A stretch of 64,000 bases of DNA, taken from contig JAHLLB010000001.1 in assembly GCA_020444425.1 (NCBI GenBank), positions 266,938-330,937 on the forward strand, read 5' to 3'. Below are positions 29,394-37,929 of this stretch, in pieces. The translations under genes and the position numbers were made by a program. This stretch comes from a bacterium. GTDB lineage: Bacteria > Electryoneota > Electryoneia > Electryoneales > Electryoneaceae. Within the stretch, counting starts at the first letter, position 1; each line of letters begins with the position of its first letter. Under the pieces are notes generated by a model. The model was given only the letters and a program-made list of their open reading frames with translations. It ran no database searches and was not told the origin of the DNA.

Positions 29394-29843
29394 ATGAATC
29401 GCATCTCCGCATTCTCCTTGCTGTTGCTGCTGCTGATCGTGGTTGCGTCGCCGCTGACCGTTCAGGCCAACGAAGTCAAGACGATGTATGACCGCGCCTA
29501 CGCCCTGTATGAACAGGGACAGCTCAGCTCTGCGATTCCGACGTTCCGTGAGATCACGGAAAAGTATCCGAACAGTTCACTCGCCGACAATGCGCAGTAC
29601 TGGATCGGGGAAGCGTATTTCGTGCTCAAGCGCTACGAGCAGGCGATCATCGAATTCGACAAGACCCTGACCTACAAGAACACGAACAAGCGTGAGGACG
29701 CGCTGTACAAGCTGGCGTCGTGTCATGAACGTCTGGGCAAGAGCGAAACGGCGCTGGAGCTGTACACTCGCTTGCTGGCGGAATTCCCGAATACGCGGCA
29801 CGCGTCCTACGTGCTCAAAAAGCTCGACATGCTCGGCTCATGA
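29394..29843 (+). CDS. Secreted TPR protein, YbgF/CpoB-like (Tol-Pal associated family)
   Basis: Signal peptide MNRISAFSLLLLLLIVVASPLTVQA. TPR units (AIPTFREITEKYPNSSLADNAQYWIGEAYFVLKRYEQAIIEFDKTL...). Confidence 0.55.
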   Translation: MNRISAFSLLLLLLIVVASPLTVQANEVKTMYDRAYALYEQGQLSSAIPTFREITEKYPNSSLADNAQYWIGEAYFVLKRYEQAIIEFDKTLTYKNTNKREDALYKLASCHERLGKSETALELYTRLLAEFPNTRHASYVLKKLDMLGS

Positions 29844-29924
29844 ACGGATCAATCTGCCACCTCAAGCATCGAACAAACTGAAGAAGACGACGTACACCCA
29901 ACCTATCCCTGAGATACCCACCCG

Positions 29925-31943
29925 ATGAACCGACTGCTGACCGTGCTGCCCCTGCTGCTTGTTCTGCTGTGTGCTTTCGTTGCTGACGCGACTCAGCCGA
30001 TCGAGGAATACACCAACGAGGGGCTGCGTTGGCCGACCGACATTTCCCGTCGCATCACCAGCACCTACGGCGAATACCGCGCGGACCGTTTTCACGCCGG
30101 TCTCGACTTCAGCATCAACGGCAGCATCGGCGCCCCGGCCTACGCCATCGACAACGGGCACATCTCGCGGATCAAGACAACCTTCAACGGTTACGGCCGG
30201 GTCATCTACTTCACCCTCGACAGCGGCGACATCGCAGTCTACGCTCACCTTGACGGGTTCGAGGATCGGATTGAGGCGGTCGTCCGTCAGCAACAGTTGC
30301 ACCAGGGCCGCTACGAGATCGAGTATTGGCCGGGACCAGACGAGCTACGCTACGAAAAGGGTGACGTGGTCGCGTATTGCGGCGACACCGGCGCGGGTGC
30401 ACCGCACCTGCATTTTGAGTTGCGCACTCCGAGGAATGAACCGTACGACCCGGTGATGGCGGGCTTCTACTACAAGGATTCCTACGCACCGTATGTGCGG
30501 CGAGTGGCGATCCGTCCGCTCGACGGCGACAGCGAGGTCGAGGGCCGGATGGAATCGCATGTGTTCGATGTGCGGCAGGGAGTTGTCGCGCCGGTTCAGT
30601 TTTATGGCAAGGTCGGGCTCAGCGTGCAGGCGCACGATTTCCAGCAGGGCGGCTGGTCGCGGCTGGGTGTAAAAACGTTCGAGATGTACCTGGACGATGT
30701 CCTGTTGCACAAGACGGTGATGGACACCTTCCAATACTCGTTCAACCGTCATTCACGACTCGAATTCGACTACGAGCTGCGGCGCGACGGCTGGAACAAG
30801 TTCCGCCGCATGTACCCGGTTCCCGGCAACAAGCTGACGCTCTACGACGAGTCCCTCCCCGGCGGAATCATCGACAGCCGGGAGATTGGCGCCGGCATGC
30901 ACATGGTGCGTTTCCGCGTCACCGATCATCGCGGAAATGTCGGCGAGGCGACGTGGCCGATTGAAGCGTTGCACGAACCAGCGTTGCCCGCCGCCTCCAC
31001 CCCAGACAGCCTGCCGATGTTTGCATTGACGGAACGAGTTCAGATGGATCTCGACCTGCGTTTCACGTTGACCGGCACAACCGCTGAACTGTTCTTGACG
31101 GATCCGGACACGATTGAGGTTGCCCGTGCCTACGCAAACAGCCCGGCGTTTCTCACGCCGAAACGAATGGTCCCATTGCGGCGAGGATGGTACACGCGCA
31201 CGACGATGTCGCTGGACCAATCCGGTCTGACACCGGTTACGGTGCTGCTCGAGGACACGGCAGGTGTTGTGTATCAGGTTAGCGAGGAGAAACGGCTGAT
31301 CCCGTTGCGTGCGGGGAACAACCGTGACTTTCATCTGCCGGAGTATGGCCTCAGCATTCACTTCAACGGTTACGGGCTACCTTGGGACATGGTCGCCGAA
31401 TTGACAGTTGACACCACCGAAACCGGCACCGACGCGCCGGTCTTCACCATCACGCCAAACGACTACCCGTTCCTGACCACGTTCGAGATGACGTTCGATT
31501 CTCAGTCAGATCCTTTCCCACGTCACGCGTTGATGGTCTACCGCGAGCATGACGGGCAACGGTGGAACTACCTCAGCAACGAACGGGCGGCGAACGGGCT
31601 GCGTCTGATTGCGGATGTACTCAGCTTCGAATCGTTCTCGGTTGCTCAGGATACGATTCCGCCGGAGTTGTACAACCTTACACCCAACAACGGGGCCGCG
31701 TTCAAGACTCGCAAGCCGTTGCTGGCGGCCCGAATCCGGGACACGTTCAGCGGGCTCGATATGGCAGAAAGTGGCATCTGGCTGGACGGCGAAGAGGTGA
31801 TCTGGGTGTACGATCCGGACGCCGCCCGCATTGAATACCGGCCGTGGGAATCACTATCCGCCGGACGCCATGAGTGGCGGATTGTCGCGGCTGACAACGC
31901 TGGCAACCGCACCGAGTACACCCGAAGTTTTGTGATTGATTGA
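29925..31943 (+). CDS. Secreted M23-family metallopeptidase domain protein with large C-terminal extension
   Basis: Signal peptide MNRLLTVLPLLLVLLCAFVADA. M23 motifs HAGLDFS and GDTGAGAPHLHFELR (HxxxD ... HxH). Confidence 0.7.
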   Translation: MNRLLTVLPLLLVLLCAFVADATQPIEEYTNEGLRWPTDISRRITSTYGEYRADRFHAGLDFSINGSIGAPAYAIDNGHISRIKTTFNGYGRVIYFTLDSGDIAVYAHLDGFEDRIEAVVRQQQLHQGRYEIEYWPGPDELRYEKGDVVAYCGDTGAGAPHLHFELRTPRNEPYDPVMAGFYYKDSYAPYVRRVAIRPLDGDSEVEGRMESHVFDVRQGVVAPVQFYGKVGLSVQAHDFQQGGWSRLGVKTFEMYLDDVLLHKTVMDTFQYSFNRHSRLEFDYELRRDGWNKFRRMYPVPGNKLTLYDESLPGGIIDSREIGAGMHMVRFRVTDHRGNVGEATWPIEALHEPALPAASTPDSLPMFALTERVQMDLDLRFTLTGTTAELFLTDPDTIEVARAYANSPAFLTPKRMVPLRRGWYTRTTMSLDQSGLTPVTVLLEDTAGVVYQVSEEKRLIPLRAGNNRDFHLPEYGLSIHFNGYGLPWDMVAELTVDTTETGTDAPVFTITPNDYPFLTTFEMTFDSQSDPFPRHALMVYREHDGQRWNYLSNERAANGLRLIADVLSFESFSVAQDTIPPELYNLTPNNGAAFKTRKPLLAARIRDTFSGLDMAESGIWLDGEEVIWVYDPDAARIEYRPWESLSAGRHEWRIVAADNAGNRTEYTRSFVID

Positions 31944-31994
31944 GTTCCAGCTATCCAGTCCATCTGAACTTGTCTTTGATTACTCCCCGCCACT

Positions 31995-32022
31995 GGGGAC
32001 ACTTTGTCCCCAAAGTGTCCCC
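31995..32022. repeat. Palindromic element GGGGACACTTTG-TCCC-CAAAGTGTCCCC
   Basis: Perfect 12-bp inverted repeat, read directly. Upstream of valS. Confidence 0.8.
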
Positions 32023-32071
32023 AATGGCAGAACTATCTGCGTCGCAACTGCTTTGACTCAGGTGGATGTAT

Positions 32072-32106
32072 CCCGGGGACACTTTCGGAGAAAGCGTCCC
32101 CCGGGT
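32072..32106. repeat. Palindromic element CCCGGGGACACTTTC-GGAG-AAAGCGTCCCCCGGG; 25 of 27 bases match the copy inside valS
   Basis: Read directly. One mismatch within the stem. Confidence 0.8.
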
Positions 32107-32189
32107 GTAGGGGCTTTCGTGATCGACTGATCGCTCGATCTCCGGTTTTCATCTCGCCATTTCCCTGACTACCTTCCGTGCTGCATTCT

Positions 32190-32256
32190 GATGCGGACTG
32201 CGGACTGCGGACTGCGGACTGCGGACTGCGGACTGCGGACTGCGGACTGCGGACGC
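32190..32256. repeat. Heptamer tandem repeat (TGCGGAC)x9
   Basis: GATGCGGACTGCGGACTGCGGACTGCGGACTGCGGACTGCGGACTGCGGACTGCGGACGCAC, about 50 bp upstream of the valS start. Confidence 0.9.
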
Positions 32257-32305
32257 ACATTGTAACAGCATACAGCTCATTGCTCATAGCTCAGGACTTA
32301 CAGCC

Positions 32306-34972
32306 GTGGATATCCCGAAGCAATACGACCCGAAAGAAGTGGAAGCGCACTGGCGCGAATGGTGGCACGAGAACGATTTCTTCAAGACCAGTCCGAGCAT
32401 GTCGAAGGAACCGTACGTGATCATGATGCCGCCGCCGAATGTAACCGGCGTGCTGCACATGGGCCACGCGTTACAGGACACGATCCAGGACGAGCTGATC
32501 CGTTACTACCGCATGAAGGGCTTTGAAGCCCACTGGCAGGCGGGCAAGGATCACGCCGGGATCGCGACGCAGACTGTGGTCGAACGGGAGATGAAGAAAA
32601 ACGGCGAGCCGGACCGTCGCACGATGGGCCGTGAGAAGTTCATTGAACGTGTCTGGCAGTTTGTGGAAAAGAACCGCAACACGATCAGCACGCAGAAGAA
32701 GTCGCTCGGTATCTCGCCGGACTTCTCGAAAGAGCGATTTACTCTTGACGACGGCCTCAGCGACGCCGTCCAGGAAGCGTTCATCAAGCTGCATCGGGAG
32801 GGCCTGATCTATCGCGGACCGTACATCGTTAACTGGTCGCCGAAGTTGCAGTCCGCCATCTCGGACGAAGAGGTGGACTTCAAGGACGAGCAGGGGCACC
32901 TGTGGTACATCCGCTATCCGGGTGTGGACGGTGGCGAGGGTGTGGTTGTCGCGACGACCCGTCCGGAGACGATGCTCGGCGACACGGCGGTGATGGTCCA
33001 TCCGGAAGACGACCGATACAAGCATCTCGTCGGCAAGGAAGTGGTGTTGCCGTTGACCGGACGAAACATTCCGGTGATCGCGGACGATTACGTCGATCGT
33101 GAATTCGGCACCGGCGCGGTGAAAGTGACCCCGGCGCACGACCCGAACGACTTCGAGGTCGGCCGCCGTCACGATCTGGACATGCCGGTCATCCTCGACA
33201 CCGAGGCCCGGATCCAGGCACCAGCGCCGGAGACCTACATCGGGCTGGACCGTGACGCTGCCCGAGAGGCTGTCGTCAAGGATCTCGAGGATCAGGGCTT
33301 CCTCGTCAAGACCGAGGAGTACACGCACAGCGTCGGCTATTGCCACCGGACCAAGGTGCGCATTGAGCCGTATCTGAGCACGCAGTGGTTCCTCAAGATG
33401 AAGCCGCTTGCAAAACGGGCTATCGAAGTCGTTCGCAACGGCGAGATCAAATTTGTCCCGGATCGCTGGGGCAAGGTCTACTTCCAGTGGATGGAAAACA
33501 TTCGCGACTGGTGCATCTCGCGGCAGTTGTGGTGGGGTCACCGGATCCCGGCGTACTACTGCGAGGAGTGCAACTACGTCCACGTTGGCACCGACCACCC
33601 GGACATCTGCCCGGCGTGCGGGTCGAACCAGTGGCGGCAGGATGAGGACGTGCTCGATACGTGGTTCTCGAGCTGGCTGTGGACCTTCTCAACCCTCGGC
33701 TGGCCGAAACAGACCGGCGATTTGCTGTATTATCACCCGACGAATGTACTCGTCAGCGGCTACGACATCATCTTCTTCTGGATCGCCCGGATGATCGTCG
33801 CAAGTTTGTATTTCGTGGACGAGATCCCGTTCAAGCAGGTGTATATCACCGGGATGATCAAGGACAAGCAGGGCCGTTGGATGAGCAAGTCGCTCGGCAA
33901 TGGCATCGACCCGCTGGAAATGGTCGATCAATACGGCGCGGACGCGGTGCGTTACTCATTGACTGTGCTCAACACCGTCGGGCAGGACATTCGCTTGGAT
34001 CCCAGCCGTTTCGAGATGGGTCGCAACTTCGCGAACAAGCTGTGGAACTCGTTCCGTTTCCTCGTCAATCGGGAACTGGACGGTGACACTTTCGGAGAAA
34101 GTGTCCCCTCCCCGATGGAAATCGAAGATCGCTGGATCGAGGGCCGGATGATCCAGACCGCGCGTGAGCTGGAAGAAAAGATAGAACAGTACCGGCTGGA
34201 TGAGGCGTTGATCGGCCTCTACCGTTTCATCTGGAACGATTTCTGTGACTGGTACATCGAGACGATCAAGACGCGTATCGGCGACGACGCCGACGCTGCC
34301 TCGGCGAAGCAGACGCTGCACTTTGCGATCAACGTTTTCGACAAGATCATTCACCTGCTGCATCCGTTCATGCCGTTCATCACCGAAGAGATGTACCAGA
34401 CATTGAACGGTGTCATGGGTGAAGCGTGGGCGCAGGACCGTGCGGGCAGCATCGCGGTGTCGCCGTTCCCGGACTTTTCGGATAGTTCGATCGACGAGAC
34501 GGCGGTCATGGAATTTGAATACGTCCGTGAGTTGGTCGGTGCAATCCGCAATGTGCGCGGCGAACTGCTGGTTCCGCCGGTCGCGGAAGCGCAGTTGGTG
34601 ATGCGTGCGGACGATCCGAAGCTGGACATCGTGCGTCGTGAGTGGGTGACGGTGAAGCGACTGGCCCGGTTGAGTGGTGACGAACTGGTGACCGCCAACA
34701 CCAAGCCGAAAGCCTCCGCGACGACGTTGGTCGAAGGCCGCGAGATCTACATCCCGCTGGAAGGGTTGATCGATCTGGACGCCGAGAAAGAGCGTGTGCA
34801 GAAGGAAATCGGTAAGCTCGAAGGGTTGTTCAAGGGCGTGGAAAAGAAGCTGTCGAACGAAAAGTTCGTCGCCAACGCGCCGGAGGATGTGGTCGCGAAG
34901 GAGCGCGAGAAGATGGACACCTACAGCAACGATCTCGCGAAACTGAAGGCGCATCTGGCGGATTTGAGCTGA
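32306..34972 (+). CDS. valS: Valine--tRNA ligase
   Basis: 888 aa, GTG start. HIGH motif PPNVTGVLHMGHAL. KMSKS motif (GRWMSKSLGNGIDP). Editing and anticodon-binding domains. C-terminal coiled-coil. Confidence 0.95.
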   Translation: MDIPKQYDPKEVEAHWREWWHENDFFKTSPSMSKEPYVIMMPPPNVTGVLHMGHALQDTIQDELIRYYRMKGFEAHWQAGKDHAGIATQTVVEREMKKNGEPDRRTMGREKFIERVWQFVEKNRNTISTQKKSLGISPDFSKERFTLDDGLSDAVQEAFIKLHREGLIYRGPYIVNWSPKLQSAISDEEVDFKDEQGHLWYIRYPGVDGGEGVVVATTRPETMLGDTAVMVHPEDDRYKHLVGKEVVLPLTGRNIPVIADDYVDREFGTGAVKVTPAHDPNDFEVGRRHDLDMPVILDTEARIQAPAPETYIGLDRDAAREAVVKDLEDQGFLVKTEEYTHSVGYCHRTKVRIEPYLSTQWFLKMKPLAKRAIEVVRNGEIKFVPDRWGKVYFQWMENIRDWCISRQLWWGHRIPAYYCEECNYVHVGTDHPDICPACGSNQWRQDEDVLDTWFSSWLWTFSTLGWPKQTGDLLYYHPTNVLVSGYDIIFFWIARMIVASLYFVDEIPFKQVYITGMIKDKQGRWMSKSLGNGIDPLEMVDQYGADAVRYSLTVLNTVGQDIRLDPSRFEMGRNFANKLWNSFRFLVNRELDGDTFGESVPSPMEIEDRWIEGRMIQTARELEEKIEQYRLDEALIGLYRFIWNDFCDWYIETIKTRIGDDADAASAKQTLHFAINVFDKIIHLLHPFMPFITEEMYQTLNGVMGEAWAQDRAGSIAVSPFPDFSDSSIDETAVMEFEYVRELVGAIRNVRGELLVPPVAEAQLVMRADDPKLDIVRREWVTVKRLARLSGDELVTANTKPKASATTLVEGREIYIPLEGLIDLDAEKERVQKEIGKLEGLFKGVEKKLSNEKFVANAPEDVVAKEREKMDTYSNDLAKLKAHLADLS
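34082..34108 (+). repeat. Palindromic element GGTGACACTTTC-GGAG-AAAGTGTCCCC located in-frame inside valS, encoding the GDTFGESVPSP segment
   Basis: Perfect 9-bp stem GACACTTTC/GAAAGTGTC with loop GGAG. Near-identical to the intergenic copy at 32072-32106. Confidence 0.8.
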
Positions 34973-34999
34973 CAGGTTGTATTTTAGCCCTATGCCAAT

Positions 35000-35239
35000 T
35001 TGCAGGGGTTCAGCATGACGAACTACAGATTTACGGTGCTGATTGAGCACGATGAAGACGGTTGGATCGCGACTGTTCCAGAGTTGCAGGGGTGCTTCAC
35101 GCAGGGCGATACCTATGAGGAACTCCTTGCGAACGTGCAAGATGTGCTGAAGGGTCACGTTGAACTGTATCTGGAACGTGGCGAACCGGTACCACAACCC
35201 GGGACACTTACCGTGACCAGCGTCGAGGTGGCGGTGTGA
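35000..35239 (+). CDS. hicB: HicB-family antitoxin (UPF0150 domain)
   Basis: MTNYRFTVLIEHDEDGWIATVPELQGCFTQGDTYEELLANVQDVLKGHVELYLERGEP matches the HicB N-terminal fold consensus. Confidence 0.7.
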   Translation: MQGFSMTNYRFTVLIEHDEDGWIATVPELQGCFTQGDTYEELLANVQDVLKGHVELYLERGEPVPQPGTLTVTSVEVAV

Positions 35240-35450
35240 GTCCGCGCTTACCACGAATGACGGCCAGGGAAGCCATCCGTTTGGTTGAAAAGCACGGTTT
35301 CCAATGGGTGCGAACAACGGGAAGCCATTACATCTATGAAAACAAAAGGGTCGAAAGGTCTCGATACCTTTTCATGCAGGAAAGATCTTGCACCCCAAGA
35401 TCCTGAAATCAAGCCTGACGATTGCGGAGATTGATCCGAACGACCTTTGA
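35236..35450 (+). pseudogene. hicA: HicA-family toxin (mRNA interferase), disrupted by a frameshift at the A4G3 tract around 35344-35350
   Basis: The frame from GTG at 35236 gives VSPRLPRMTAREAIRLVEKHGFQWVRTTGSHYIYENK, then runs out of family similarity (RVERSRYLFMQERSCTPRS*). The -1 frame that opens after the TGA at 35337 gives KGRKVSIPFHAGKILHPKILKSSLTIAEIDPNDL*, which continues the HicA consensus (GSHxxFxHPxKPG-VTVPHHxxKDLxxGTLxSILKQAGL). Confidence 0.55.
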
Positions 35451-35483
35451 TTCAGAGTTTCTTGGAGCTTTTATAAGACGATC

Positions 35484-35518
35484 AACCGGGACATGTCATC
35501 GACGTGCCCCGTTTTTTT
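35484..35518 (+). terminator. Candidate rho-independent terminator after the hicBA module
   Basis: CGGGACATGTCATCGACGTGCCCCG followed by TTTTTTTT. The stem pairing is imperfect. Confidence 0.4.
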
Positions 35519-35555
35519 TACTCAAACCTCAAACCTCACACCTCATACCTGCCGT

Positions 35556-36218
35556 TCACGCCACATACAGCATCATCCCAATCCAGTGGCTGATCGACCC
35601 ACCGAGCACGAACAGGTGCCAGACAGTGTGGTGGTAGGGAAAGGTCCGCCACGCGTAGAAGACAACGCCCAGCGTGTAACATGCCCCGCCGATCGCGATC
35701 CACGTCAGCAGGCCTGTTGGCATCACGGTCAGCATTGGTTTCCACGCGATCACGATCATCCACCCCATCGCAAGGTAGACGAGGATCGAGACGACCTTGA
35801 AGCGTCCGATGAACAGCATTTTCATCGTTACCCCGGCGGCTGCCAACCCCCAGACTATGCCGAACATGCTCCATCCCCATGCATCCCGCAACAGAACCAG
35901 CATCAGCGGTGTGTAACTTCCTGCGATGAGCACATATATCATCGCGTGGTCCATCTGCCGGAAGAACTTTTTCAATTTCGGTGCGCGGAAGCTGTGGTAC
36001 AGCGTGGATGCAAGGTAGAGCAGAACCAGCGATGTGCCGTAAACACTGAAGCTGACAACCTTCCACGGATCTCGTTGCAGCGAAGCAAAAACAACCAGTA
36101 CAACCAATCCTGCTATTGCAAGGGCAGCACCGATGCCGTGGGTGGCAGCATTGGCGACTTCCTCACGCGGGCTCTGGTGCTGCTGTTGAGTGGGTTCCGG
36201 TTTGCTGTTTTTGGGCAC
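35556..36218 (-). CDS. Hemolysin III family (PAQR/YqfA-like) 7-TM membrane protein
   Basis: 220 aa. EEVANAATHGIGAALAIAGLVVLV...YHSF...MDHAMIYVLIAGSYTP...WHLFVLGGSISHWIGMMLY is typical of the HlyIII family. Confidence 0.75.
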   Translation of the reverse strand: MPKNSKPEPTQQQHQSPREEVANAATHGIGAALAIAGLVVLVVFASLQRDPWKVVSFSVYGTSLVLLYLASTLYHSFRAPKLKKFFRQMDHAMIYVLIAGSYTPLMLVLLRDAWGWSMFGIVWGLAAAGVTMKMLFIGRFKVVSILVYLAMGWMIVIAWKPMLTVMPTGLLTWIAIGGACYTLGVVFYAWRTFPYHHTVWHLFVLGGSISHWIGMMLYVA

Positions 36219-36392
36219 CGTTTGGTCCTTCTTACCGGTTCGTGGGAACGCAAATTTTGTGGGTTTGGCATTGTACGATGTTCAAACCGGCTCGTGTGCA
36301 TCAATCAGGCCGGGAACCCTGCCTCTCCGTCGTTGTGCAAGAAGAAACGCGGGACAACAACCAACCCTGACAACAACCAAGGGGGAACGATC

Positions 36393-37733
36393 ATGGCTCG
36401 CTACCTGGTCGTATTGCTTTCTTTTCTGATGATTGTGCCTGCCTTCGCGCAGGATCCTGATGTGGCTGTGACGGTGTACAATCAGGGCCTCGGGCTCGTG
36501 CGCGAGGTGCGGGATATCAATCTCGACCGTGGAGTGCAGTCCTTTGCGTACGATGGTGTTGCGGCGAAAATGCTGCCGGCATCGGTGCGTTTCCACGCAA
36601 CCGACGTGGACATCCTTGAACAGAACTTCGAATACGATCTGGTCAGCCAGCAGGCGCTGATGCAGAAGTATCTCGGCCAGATGGTGGACATTGTGCTCGA
36701 GGATGGAGTTGTCAGCGGCAAACTGTTGTCGGTCTCCGGCGGAATCATTGTCGAGGAGGATGACGGCGGCGTGCGCATCATCTCCAACGACGCCGTGAAA
36801 TCGGTTCGCTTTCCCGAACTTCCGGACGGCTTGATCATCAAACCAACCCTGCGTTGGCTGCTCAATTCAGACAAAAGCGGCGACGTCGAGTCAGAACTTG
36901 CCTACCTCACCCGTGGATTGAGCTGGGAAGCCAGTTATGTCGCGGTCGTTGGCGAGGATGACGACGAGCTCGAACTCTCCGGCTGGGTACAGATGAGCAA
37001 CCAGAGCGGCACCGACTTCATGAACACGAAGCTGAAGCTGATGGCGGGTGACGTTCAGTTCGCGGAACAGCCGCCGTCACGGAATCGTGGCATGTACGCC
37101 GAAGAAGCGATGATGGCGATGGACGGCGCAGGAAAAGGCTTCGAGGAGAAGAGCTTCTTTGAGTATCACCTCTACACCCTGCCCCGCCGTGTCGACATCC
37201 TCGACAACCAGGACAAGCAGATCCGTCTGATCGAACCGGCGACAACCGATGTGACGAAGAAGTACATCTTCGAGCCGAACCGTGGCGGTGATGTCCAGGT
37301 CAAGCTCGAGTTCACCAACAGTGAAGATGCCGGCCTCGGCATGCCGCTTCCCGCCGGGCTGGTCCGAATGTACAAGGTCGATCCAGACGACAACACGATG
37401 CAGCTGATCGGTGAGGATCGGATCGATCACACGCCGCGTGACGAGGATCTCAGCCTGAAAACGGGGAACGCGTTTGATGTCGTCGCTGAACGCAAGGTGA
37501 TGGACACGCAGCGCATCAGCTCGAGTGTCCGTCAGCAGATGTACGAGGTTGAGGTTCGCAACCGGAAAGATGATGCCGTTGAAGTTGTCGTGCGCGAGCA
37601 CTTCTACGGCGACTGGCGGATTGTGACCGAGTCGATGAACGGCACCAAGATCGACGCGAACACCTACGAATGGGTTGTCCCGGCCGGCGCAGACGAGGAA
37701 GTGAAGATGTCCTACACCGTGCGCTTCCAGTAG
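36393..37733 (+). CDS. Secreted DUF4139-like domain protein (conserved hypothetical)
   Basis: ORF 35493..37733, but its 5' part overlaps the opposite-strand hemolysin III gene. The likely start is ATG at 36393 (MARYLVVLLSFLMIVPAFAQ, SD GGGGGAA). The VAVTVYNQGLGLVREVRDINLDRGVQSFAYDGVAAKMLPASVRF pattern resembles DUF4139/DUF4140 proteins. Confidence 0.5.
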   Translation: MARYLVVLLSFLMIVPAFAQDPDVAVTVYNQGLGLVREVRDINLDRGVQSFAYDGVAAKMLPASVRFHATDVDILEQNFEYDLVSQQALMQKYLGQMVDIVLEDGVVSGKLLSVSGGIIVEEDDGGVRIISNDAVKSVRFPELPDGLIIKPTLRWLLNSDKSGDVESELAYLTRGLSWEASYVAVVGEDDDELELSGWVQMSNQSGTDFMNTKLKLMAGDVQFAEQPPSRNRGMYAEEAMMAMDGAGKGFEEKSFFEYHLYTLPRRVDILDNQDKQIRLIEPATTDVTKKYIFEPNRGGDVQVKLEFTNSEDAGLGMPLPAGLVRMYKVDPDDNTMQLIGEDRIDHTPRDEDLSLKTGNAFDVVAERKVMDTQRISSSVRQQMYEVEVRNRKDDAVEVVVREHFYGDWRIVTESMNGTKIDANTYEWVVPAGADEEVKMSYTVRFQ

Positions 37734-37814
37734 GTTTGATGGGCTGCGGGCTGCGGACTACGGTCAGCGGTCCGTTGACTGAGGTCCGAGGTCTGGGCTC
37801 GTGAAGAACGATGT

Positions 37815-37850
37815 GGCCGTGTCAGAGAACTTGTCTGACGCGGCCGTTTT
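37815..37850 (+). terminator. Rho-independent terminator after 36393..37733
   Basis: GGCCGTGTCAGA-GAACTTG-TCTGACGCGGCC followed by GTTTTGTCTCT. 12-bp stem with one G.U pair. Confidence 0.5.
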
Positions 37851-37929
37851 GTCTCTGATGCTATAGGCATCAGTCCGTTTTCCGCAGCCAGTTGTCTCAA
37901 GACTCAGGACTCAGGACTCCTGTGCTGGC

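Noticed and set aside
33956-35317. 453-aa minus-strand ORF overlapping valS and hicB
   Set aside because: Antisense to valS, which is unambiguous from its HIGH and KMSKS motifs. No motifs of its own. A high-GC artefact.
35493-36392. N-terminal 300 codons of ORF 35493..37733
   Set aside because: Overlaps the opposite-strand hemolysin III gene, which is well supported. An internal ATG at 36393 has an SD and begins a classic signal peptide.
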